The position numbers were made by a program, and so were the translations under genes. The notes under the pieces were generated by a model. It saw nothing but the letters and a program-made list of their open reading frames with translations. It made no database searches and was not told where the DNA came from. From positions 23,188,001 to 23,252,000 of the forward strand of contig CM119381.1 of NCBI GenBank assembly GCA_051294905.1: DNA of 64,000 nucleotides. Direction: 5' to 3'. The DNA comes from Botryllus schlosseri. Taxonomy: Eukaryota. Positions within the stretch are counted from its first letter, which is position 1. Each line of letters begins with the position of its first letter. Shown here piece after piece: positions 13,901 through 25,900 of this stretch.

Positions 13901-16900
13901 TTTCTTTCGTGAGGAGCACACGATTCCAAGTTGATATTTCTATATGGGGCACATCATTTTCCTCTGCTGATCGCATGTGTACTATGGAGCTCATATTACA
14001 AAGGGCGCTACTATGTTAAAATCGAAAAATGAAGTCGTAGTGAATTGCGCCTCGGAGGAAGAAAGCTTCAAGATTAATTAAAATCTCTCAAACATTCGGG
14101 AGTCAATTCGTAAATTAAATTTGCATGTCGACGGCTGCCAACACATACTAATTGAATTACGTGTTGGCGGCTGCTCAAGCTTCATTCTACGGCCACCCCT
14201 GCATTAAAATGAGAGGCCCTAATTGGTGTTGGGATCTAACGAGATGATTAAGACAAATTCGCAATGGGTCAGAAGGCTTTTTGGTGGCACCAATACTAAT
14301 CATATGATGGATGTAACCGGCGATATTGATACTCAATATAACAGACTAGGGCCAAAGTACATCCCAAACTAACAGCAACCGATAATGCGGAATGCTTAGG
14401 TAGGAGAAGAATGTTTAGCTTTTTTGTCAGCAGGTGCGGAGTTGAGGTATAATTATAAATTAGGTTGGAGTGGGAGTGTGATAAAAATTAGGTAGCAATC
14501 TGTCAATTAGTTAGTGCTGCTGAGTGCCCACGATCAGTTAAAATTATAATTCAAAATGAATAGGAATGAGGCAGACAGGTCAGCTAATATTGAAACAACA
14601 GGCCAACCGTCAATACCAATATTTTTTGTTCTGTCATGGATCAACAGGGCAATTACAACAAGCTAGTCGTGGCAATGTTTTTTAATGGTGGTGTAGTAGT
14701 TACAAAATATATATTATGTAGCCATTCTCAATTACCTAGAACAGCAAAATACCTGACCAAGCAGATATTGCTGACAAGTTAAATCGCGCTTGAAAATGGT
14801 CATAATACTATCAAAAGAGCATGTCTTATTGAAATTGAGACTACCCTAAAATGGATTTGACAAGTTTGAAATAGTAGAAAGTAAAACCTTTTTGAATAAA
14901 CAGGCTCCTTGATTCGAGGACTTTCTCCCTTCACATCAATGGTAACACAGCTATCGGTGCTCGATTTCTCAAATATTATTTTAACAAAGCGTCCCAATAG
15001 CGGTTGAGAAAACTGACACTTCCAAGAGCCATCCGAGAATGTCTGAAAATGACTAAGTTCAAGTAATTGTGTAGAACGCGTCGATTTTATTAGATAAGTT
15101 ACGTGAAAAACGCAATCGCTGTCGCGCGTCAAGCCTTGGAAATCAGTGATAGTCACAAGATTAATTCTCAAAGCTCGACTTTCAATTTTGTCATTAATGT
15201 CTTCAATAGCAGGTGTTGGATCTGAATTGCAGGCGTCAGTCGGTCGGTAAGAAGATACCGAATGAATGAGACGCGTTTCGGTGAGATCAATTTGAACCCA
15301 TCTGAAAGTAACTTGTTTTAAAACAATGCAAATAAAAATGTCCTACATGTTACCTCTCGTGATCGGAGTCGTCAAAACACAATGAGCTACATTGACCTTG
15401 CGGAACCAACCAGGGTGGGCTAGATTCTGTGTATGACGACGATGTATATTGTTCTGAAAGCACCTTTTGACCAAATTCATTTGAAGATAGTAGTGAAGGA
15501 TATTCTGCCAAAAAAAAAACATTCTAGCATTTCAAGTAGATTTGAAAAGGCATGAATGTCAACTTACCTTGTGCTTGCTTGCATATTGCGTACAGCATTG
15601 GATTTACACATTGTACAGTGTTCCATGCGTTGTCGCGGCAATCCGAAAATCCTTCAGTATTGCAAACTGTGTCATAGAATAAACCTCACATTTAGGAACA
15701 TTGGAAGAAAACGGTGAAACATTTTGCGGGAACATGTCAGCACAATGGAGTGGTTGATGGCATTAGTACCTCCGTGACCACATATCAGCAGTACGTTATA
15801 CTGTGCGACCTGGGACATTATCAGCCAATAGCATCTGCAAAATCGGGCTGTGAAAACTTCAGTGCAGGCAATTGTAAGACTCATTTACCTATTATTTTCA
15901 CTATACCAATTGACCAACAAAAGGAGTAACTTTTCTTCTTCGTTATAGTTTGAGTGGGTTGGTCATGACACATTTCTCTCTGAATGGATTTATCTCGTAA
16001 GTGCCCTTCCCGAGAAATGTTCAATACCTATCTCATACTCTAATCTTTAAATGGCGTTCACGGCTAATAGCACTATACTGCCAGACAGATATGGTGATTT
16101 CACACTTAAAAACCATGCCCATCAATTTACTCCGGTCTTAGGCTCTGAAGAATTCGAAATATTAAAAGTAAAAAATCTACAGCAATATGATATTGCTATA
16201 TTGCTGTGATGATGCTACCTAGCATATCAATCTTCAATTCCACTGTCATTTATTTGTATTTGTCTCACTAGTTAGCAGTTCTGATTGTATGCTTTCATTC
16301 GATTGGTTATTTGTATAATTCTTCTTTTCTGACTGCTTCTATTATATAATCTTCAGTAAATTTGCTTTCCCCTTGTCTATTCTCGAGCATCAGATGAGAA
16401 AGCATTACTGTGCAACTACGTCTTCATCTATATAGCCTGAGTTCAGTATTATTATTTGCATCAAGATCAACAAAAGACAGGTCGATACAAAGCATTTTTG
16501 GTATTAGATTAGGTATGAGATTAGCAGCCACCATGGGGTTAGTTGTTTCAGGTAAAGTCTCTTAACAAACTTTCTGTTAAAATTAATCATATACTTTCAG
16601 ATGTCTTGTATAGATAATCAATATACTAAGACGACAGTATGCACTACTACAATATAGAATGTCTAATGTCTCCACTTCTCGGTTTGAATTTCATGAACAC
16701 CGGTACCTTTATAGTTTGTCTGTCCAAATATGGTGAACATGCGACTAATCGCATGTTTATCTGCAGAAATATCAAGGTCAATTCCAACCGATCCTTCATT
16801 TTGACAATAGTCAAACATCTCATGACATGTTTGAAAACTGGCTGTTTTAATGACCTATGAGGAATAAAAAATCATTTTAAAATCACTCATATTCACAGCA

Positions 16901-19900
16901 TTTTGTACACCGTACCTTGTAGCAAAATTTACCAATCAGGGTATATCCAAATGCGCATATTGCATCATCTGAAGGAGCTCCTGTCAACACGAATGTTAGT
17001 CACAATCGATTAATGTGTTGATGATTTATACCACAATTAGGATCTATTTACCAGCACTCTCATGAAGTTTTTCACATAGCCAAATGGGAGTATAATCTAC
17101 CTCCATGTCAGAAGCACCCAGACTGGTCATGCCGACATAACGTTCCGTTAATACATTACTCGGCTCACCCTGAGTCCATTCAATGAAAAGTGTCAAATCC
17201 TAAATAACAAAATATTCTAAAATAAACAATAGCGTCAAAACACAAAAATAGGTGTGCGTCCATATCAAGTAAAACTTAACGGGAGAGTTGCTGTAGTGAT
17301 GACATCAGCCGCTAACTACGCAGACGGACCAGGCTCAATTCTTGCCGGTACATGAAATGTCTGTGGTTATTCTGGGCTTCATGTGTAGCTCGCTCTTGAG
17401 GCGTCAAAATTCCCAGACAAACGGTCACAACCATGAAAAGGTTAGAAACTACTGCAAATGTAGTTCTATTATATATTAGGGATGTTATCAATTACTATAG
17501 AATATTGCCAATATTCGCATGGTTTTACAATATCAGTGAATTCCTGAACCGTGCTGATTTAGGTAGGACATCGGTGCATTGTGCGCAATCCTCTACCTCT
17601 CTGGCATAAATGTTTCATTCACCTTATTTTTGAATTGGTATACTCTCGGAGCCAAGTTGCTTGTCAAACCAGTACCAAAAAACAGATATGTTGATGAGTC
17701 CAGATACTCCGTATAATTCAAAGCAATACTCCTGTCAAAAAATGCATTTCAGTAAGGAGATTGTGCAGTAAATTAGGTGATACCGACCTCAGTATGCTGC
17801 CACCATTCGGCATTTCGAATATCTTGTGTGCCAAATCGCCACCGCCTAATTTGCAGAGTTTCCTGTCATTTTCTGCAGCAACACCTGTGAGATCTTCACC
17901 ATTGATCAACCAGAATTCAACGCCATCTATGGAAACCGATTTGCCGGTGTCGAGCAGAAATGCCATATCTGTGGTACAAGGAAGAAAAAGAGGAAATCAG
18001 TGAGAATTTCTTGCTCGGTCCACATAAACTCAAAACACTACCCATGAAAATGTAAATGAAGAAATTGAAGTAGCAAGACAGGATTCCAAATGGCTATAGC
18101 AAACACAAAATCATGACAAAATATATCCTTCAATGAACTGATTATTGCAGTGGTTATCATCAGGTGTGCCATGACGCACTAGCGTGCTGATTGGATTTTT
18201 CAGTGGTGCCATGAGAGAATGTGGTAAACAAGGTTGACGCATAGCAAAAAGTAAGGAATCCAAATTCTGAGTATAGCATATTCGGCGGTTCTATTAGTTT
18301 TATCTGCCTAAAGACACGCAATGTACAATGCGATGCAATGAGATGAACAGATAGGAGAATATCAAAACGACAAACTAAGGTCTCTCAATCTGTCATCCTC
18401 TTCAGCCTAATCACCGACATAACGATGTACGATCTTGATCTTTCTTGTTTTAGGCTTCGTCGCTCTATTCTGTCTTTTTTAAACTGTCCTTGATCAGATC
18501 TATTTCTGAGCCCTTGTTGTAAGTCTGATGTAAGCTAAGCGACGTATGGATGAGAATCTCAGGTAAATCTCGGAAGCTTCAAAACATGCTACTACCAAGA
18601 ATAAAACCAGGGCCTACACTGGTGTTGCAACGTCAACTCACCCCCATATAGTAGCATTTAGGAAGAAGATAACTAAACAAAAGATCATCAGCTGAGTAAT
18701 TGGATCGCGATGTTGGCGTCTGGCAGAAGATGTTGACCTTATCTTCTAGTTACCACCATCAGAACCTCAAGCCAAGCAATGACATGATGTAATTAGATTG
18801 CTCTTCATATTGCCCTTAATCATATTGCCAATTCTTGCACTCGGGGCAGCGTACTCATTGTTTGTAATGTACATGGTATTTCGATATCTATGGTCAGTTT
18901 GAACTATATATTGCTTATTATGATTCCTGATACACCAATTTACAGCAGGAGCCACTTTCCTTCCAGACTTTGTATAAACCACCACTTACTCAGACTTGTC
19001 GAGATAAACCTCCAATACTTAAAGGAGCAGGGATTGCGGAATCGATCTCGGTCGGACTCATACCCACTACCTGTTGGTGTTACAGCGGTGCAACGTACCA
19101 CTCTGCTATCTCTCCTTGCATGGTACTCGAAGTGCTATTTTGCTGCAAACTATTTTTTCCCTTTCAGAGGGTGCTGCAAGGCCAAATGGTTGAGAACCAC
19201 TGGATTATCGCATAACCCTGCAAAAGTGTACAAATCGTGTACACTGTACATGCATGCTGATTGAGAAAAACAGAAAGATGCAATACAAATGGGAAAGCAA
19301 TACTCTCAACCTCAGGCTTGCACTTATTGAGTAGAAACTGCTGGAATTTTGTCTTGGAGGACGATAGCCATGATAGAGGATTCTCTGATGGCTGTCTAAT
19401 GCCATTCCACAACAGTTGGGACTCAGCAGTTGCATGGAAGCTACACTGCTAAGATGATTTCGAAGCTAGTAAGTTGGTAAATTCGGCAATATCATGTCAA
19501 GCTTCCTAATAAACTGGAACACCAATTTCTTGGGAATTATAAGTCACATGAAACAATGGGATATTTGAAAGCTCTACACAATATTATGTATGCATTAACT
19601 GAGATTACACAACTGATCATGTTCCAATCTTTTTTGAACAACATAAGGATCCGCCTCTCGAAGCGGAAGTTTTCAATGTTTATATCATACAATTTTGTTT
19701 TGTGCATGTGATTGATGATTATTTAAATGCTGTCCTGTCGACCAGGCGTCGAAGATATCATATGACCCTCTGAATTAATGAATGCATTTATACACTTGAT
19801 ATAGGTGTAAAAATATATATCTTACACAATTGTTCATTAGGGTTTATTATATATTTAACATACCGCATTTGCTGACATCGCAGTATTCCTTTCTGACACC

Positions 19901-22900
19901 TGGAGACGTTGTCAAACACCAGGGTCTTGTTAGAGTCGGTGCTCGGCAGTAATTCTCTACCAAGCCACTATTCGGATAATTCTCTGGAGTTCTTGAATAT
20001 AAATTTCAGAAAATTAGATCAAAATCAAATGAATTAAAAATTGAAATTGTAGATTGTGGCTGAGCTTTTCAAAGGGGAGTAAAACTAATTCCATCAAACT
20101 TATTGCTGCTGGCTGACGAATTATGTCTTTTGAAGAATATCACTCCCGGGCTATAGTGATATTTCATATATGGCTGTGATTGGGCAACAGGGTGCAATAG
20201 TTTGTAACTGAATTTTATAAGATATATTTTCAATATCGCCAAAAGGTAGATATATGTTTCATATACCTTTGGCCAGTATTCAAAGAGCTTCTCTAATTCA
20301 AACCCTAGTTATGCTTAATGCATACGGGTGTCGGTCACGTACAATTCTGACACACGATATCACGTCAGTAATGCTGTATCTTTACTATACCATAATGATT
20401 TCACAAAATGAAATACTCATATCTCGTATATTGTTTATTACATCACTGCCTATCATACATAAATACTACGGATATGTTTCCACTGGTATGGTATTGCAGT
20501 GTAATTTATTTTCTTTGGAGCACATCAGTAACCTCTTGGATGACTTTATTGCATGAAAAAGTTGAAACAGTTTGAAAACCTGGTTCCTTTTGTGATGAGT
20601 GCTAAACAAGGTAGCAATAATTTGATGTCAGATTCACTAATTCTACAAGGGTGAAATCATTTGCAGCATATTTAATTATGCTCAGCAACTTGTTTAACTA
20701 TTTAGACTACCTTTGTAACCTATTAAATACGAACATTAATTATATAAAAGTCGCATATTCAACTTGTAAAGTAAGGAATGGTATCTGATTCGTTACTTAA
20801 GATGTATGTGAGGTGATTGCGATGCCCATTTCTGACAGGTTAGACCATTTTCTGTGACGGACAGAGTCCCTCTATATGTTCCAGGATCTCCAATGTAGCA
20901 TTCATCTGCAAAAAAAGTAAGCAAGTTTCCATAGGTAATTGATTGCCTAATACTATTGCAATTCGCTTACAATTCCTCAAACTCGATTTACTGTGATTTT
21001 ATCAAGTAGAAATTCATCACACCCTATTTGCATACTTCAACATTCTTTACCCAGTGATATATAGTGGAATACGGGAGATTATAAAACATGGTTGTAATGA
21101 CTCGACTGGAGTTCGACTCGAGACACGATTTATTGGTGACTCGACTTGACTCGAGTCATTTTTTTCAAATGGGTGAAATGACTTGACTCGTCTCAAGCCA
21201 ATTTCTTTATTGACTCAACTTGTTCTCGAGTCATTGTGCATGCCTCGAACCAAGTCATATGACTCGAGACTAGGACGGCCAAGACAGACATTCCATTGTG
21301 ACTTCGAACAACGGTAAAGTTACCACAATATTGGCATTTCTTCTAACAATCCTGATACTTGGAAAATAGGACCAGAAACTGTCAGGACTGAAAAAAATTA
21401 CAATATTATGAATGCGAGCCATTCTATACCTCTCGAACAGAGTTGAAAGAAGTGGGTTGAACCGGATTGAACTCAAAACTGACCAGTGAGCACAACACCA
21501 TGACTCGGACTCAAGCCTCTACTGACTGACTTGGAGTCGGAGTTGGCTCGGTGGTGAATTGAAAATGACTTGACTTGACTTGAGTCAAAACTACAAAAGT
21601 GAGATTGACTTGTGACTCGGAATCTTGTCACTGGGTTACAACTAGGGCTGGGCAAAATCGAGTACCTGAGTGATTCGGTTCAAAGTTTAAATATGTACCT
21701 TTTATGTCACCACAAGGAACATAATGCCTGTTATCCCCGTCACATTAAAGATACTTTTGTATTTTGCACTTGTTGACGATGTTGTGAGATGATCATGTCT
21801 TCGGAAATGTGTTACTTCCAGTAACGTTTGTAGCTTTGTGCTATGTCTCGTATGCTGCGACACGGCCAATCAAGGTTTCAAGGCTCCCTCAGTGGAAAAT
21901 AACTATAATTCTCGTTAGTAAAATGGTATTTTACTACTCAACTCGAATCATTAAAATTATCACTCGATTCAGATTCGAGTACTAGAATCATTGTGCCCAG
22001 CCCTAGTTACAACCCTGTTGTGACATATCTTATTCCTGAATACTTTGAAATTCTAGTTATATTCCAGTGTCAAACTTGCACTAAGGTACTAGCACTGTCG
22101 TAAGTATTTCGAATTCCAGTAAAGTTACGTTTAACTCGCCATCTTCGCCACTACATGCATTTAGTGTGTGGTGTATGCATCATCATCCAGAAGCCATATA
22201 TCCATCTCATACATTTCAAATGAATAAATTTACAAATGATATAATCACTGTTCGTTTATATTATCCAGTAATGATTTCAAGTTCTTTTGCAAGAAAGGGT
22301 TCAAAACGATCAGGCAGGAGATAGTCAATGGGGTAGTCAAGAACAGAGTTTCTAGTTTTTCATGTGCTCAAGTAGCTTCCCTTACTTGCAGTACCTACTC
22401 AAGTCAATCTAATGTCCGCTACTTCTACTTTGTAATATCTTGTGATTTACTTATTGTCAGGTAGAAGTATCATAGAGAGAGAGTGAGAGAGAGATTATGA
22501 AACAGAGAAATCAGCTACGTTGGGTTTTCACGAAGTACCAACAAGAATTTGATCGTCACAAGTTCAGTGAAGTCCAAAACGTTCGTCATGCTTTGCGCGA
22601 CATGTATATGGAATCAAAATTGTGTTTACGTGAAAATATCTGTGAATACAATTTAGAAAAGCGGGTTGCGTGGTTGCTTTCACACCGATTTGTCATCCAT
22701 GTGACATATTTCAGCACAGCAAATACGGCGTGAAACACGTTTGGAACAATAGATATCGTAATCTAGCAGCAAATTCAACATCTACGTATCGCTCTTCGTG
22801 CTACTAACTACAGGGGGGCACGCGCCACTATATGACATTTGCTGAAACAGGGCGAGACGTAAACAAAAGTTGATACCTATGTTTCATAGGAACACTTTTG

Positions 22901-25900
22901 CGGTATCAGTTTTATTAATATTTTCATCATTTCAAAACTCCTAATTCTTATGCTGTGGAAACTTTATCCCTCCTGGGATGTAGCGGCACGAACCCACCTA
23001 TCTGACCTATGATATACTTGATTAGTGTAGTTCAATATAATGCAGTTATTTGAAGAGCTTCTTGGAGGAACAGAACTTCAATATACAATTGAATAGTATA
23101 TTTACATTGAAATGAATCCGAATATTTTCGACTGACACTCGTCAGGGGTAGTCGTCAGCAACTAGCAACACGTGAAGACGTGCTTCCCGCATTTTAACAA
23201 AGTCATGTAGTTTACGAATATAAGTGCCCCTGAGATCGCGGCCACGTAGCAAGAACATCAACGCGTTTGCACAAACGCATAAATCAGCATGTCCCTTGAT
23301 TTATTGGAACACACACTTCACGCTGAGTGATAAGCTCACAATTGACTCATCCCCTCAAGTTGGATGCGGAGCAAACTAAGGCCATAAATTCTGCCATTGG
23401 CAAGCATCTGTTGGATAATCCCGCTTGTGCGAAAAATTATCGAGACAACAGATTTCGCGTCGTCGGAAGGGGCCGTTAACACTTTCATTTGTGCGCCTTT
23501 GAGTTGATTTTTATCAAAACACACCAGCCAAGGCTGTGTCAACAAATAGCACATTAAACGCTCTCTTCTTCGATATTTCATGCTGGTGACGTCATATTTT
23601 GTGATATGATTGTTGATATACAATGTTCTTTCCAATTCTCTACTATTGCTGACGATTACCCCAGACGAGTGTCAGTCGAAAAGATTTGGGTTCACTTCAA
23701 TATGAATATACTATTCAATGAAGTCATTTGTAAAGCCCAAGTGAGACCAATATAGAGTGATAAAATAGAATGGGAATCATAATAACAAATCCATATTAAT
23801 ATAATTATGCAATAATGCAGTTAATAATTATTGTAATCATCAGGCTACAAAATGAAAAGAGACACATTTACCCTCGGTGTCTGTATCAGTCTGGTTGATT
23901 GTGGAATCTGAACAAAGCAATAAGGAATAAGCAAACAATTCCACGTTAAATCTATTTTTACCTCTGGTCCAGCTTCCAACAAGCTCAAATCGCAAAACTA
24001 CATAATTGTGATAGGTCCAGGGATAAATTCGGATATATTTTGTGAATAAGGATATAGGGAAGTAGTGCACGATCTTTGTCAGTGCGTTTGTGTTGCCGTC
24101 AAAGATCTGTGACAATAAGTTAAACAGTTAAGCATTGTAATGTGATCTCTTATCTCCTATGAATTATATTACCAAATCCGCTCCACTATCATCTTCCAAA
24201 AATTTCCATGTATCACAGCAATCTGAATATGCTATTTTGAAGGACTTGACATAATAATCACCGTCTTTTGCTCCTTGCGTAATAATTCCCCGTATTATCA
24301 TATCGTAATTAACTTCCACCTGAAGCCACATTTCGCCGCCAGATTCTTCAAAGCCTTTCAAATCATAAAATTTGTCATTTAACTTGAAACTAGAAGCGAG
24401 GTTTCAGATTCAAGGAAAGGTATACCTAATATCCTAAGTTTATTTGCAATAATAGTCATAGTATTGAAGCTTTCCAGGTCATGCATTTCAAATTGAAACA
24501 GAAACGAATTTCGAAACAACTGCAGGGTTTCATCCGCTAAGAACCTTCATCTAGAACAGTGGTGCCCAACGTGGACGATATCGCTCCCCAGGGGGCGATT
24601 TGGCGGTCTAGGGGGGCGAAAATGGCGAAGGGGGGCGAAAATGGACAAAAGGGGCGACGGGGGGCGAAAATAGCGAAGGGGGCGATAGGGGGGCGATGAC
24701 GCGTTAAAACGGCTATGTTGGAGTCAAGTCGGAGATATGATCTTTCTTTTTATTTTATTTTAGTCATCCCACGAAAATTCAGTTGCAAAAGTGTAAAATT
24801 CGACTTGGAACGGGAAAGTTGACCGTTTTTTATTTTTATTTTTTGGTCAACCCGCCGGTGATTGCTGTTTGTATACCGGTTTGTCGGTTCACAAAATTTG
24901 GGGGGCGATGATCGGCGTTGAGCTTGAAAAGGGGGCGATGAGTCGAAAAAGGTTGGGGAACCACTAGAAATTTCACCATGGTTGAGCGGCACAGGAATGA
25001 CTCAAGTCAAATTCATTATTCAAAACGCCCGAGTCATTTGATTAAGGTATCCAATCTGTACTGCACTGATTGAACAGATTGCGTTGCCTTTGAAATCCAG
25101 ATAAAACAAACCACCAGTTCACTGCTGATATGAAAAAAATATTAATGAGGCTGAAGTTACATGCGAATGCCACAATCTGCTACAAATCAAGAAGGCATGA
25201 AATAACAGGCAACTCAGGTTAACGAATAAGATTTGGTCCAAAAGATCATACACACTGCAGTGCGGTAGGCCCAACCAATATCATAAATTTGAAACGATAT
25301 TGATATCGCCAATGCAACATATTCTGGCCGATAATGCCGCCATTTATGGGGGTAATGACATAATTGATGTATTTCAACAAGAACTCCTAATTCGGGCCAT
25401 AATTTGAAAAATATACCCTGCACAAACTTAATTTATCTACAATCTAAATCCAGCTGAGTAAGGAACTAGTACTAGTACAGTTTACAGGCATTTTCCCCAA
25501 GAAGTGAATCATGGCGATCATGAATCAATCATGGAGTACTGAAGATCCGCTCACTTGGTACGATTGTAGGAGTGATGACGTTGTTGGATTGACTAATAAA
25601 TATTGAGTTGGCCGACACCTACTTTTCCATTGCGATCATTATCACCTAGTCGGGCTCTATATGGGATTGGTCGGTGATGATATATCACGAAAATCCATTA
25701 ATCATCAAATCATATACTGCTGTGCAAAATATAATAGTAGCATTGTCATTCATGTAACTCACAACGACAAGCCCATCCTTTGTTTTTGCTCGCATCAATG
25801 CCCTCACCAAGCCTTCCGTACTTTGATGCAAATTTGTCGTTGAAGATTGAAGATGACTTCAGTCGATTATCCACGATTCTACCATCCTGCATCCCTAATG

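Noticed and set aside
17285-17455. Weak tRNA/SINE-like head followed by an orphan hAT-like end
   Set aside because: A and B boxes too degenerate; no matching partner end or TSD
18148-19215. hAT insertion disrupting a coding exon of the mosaic gene
   Set aside because: Removing the element and one TSD does not give a convincing domain-like reading frame; treated as intronic
23336-23635. 99-aa minus-strand ORF
   Set aside because: Antisense to the Penelope GIY-YIG remnant and pLTR; no independent coding signal
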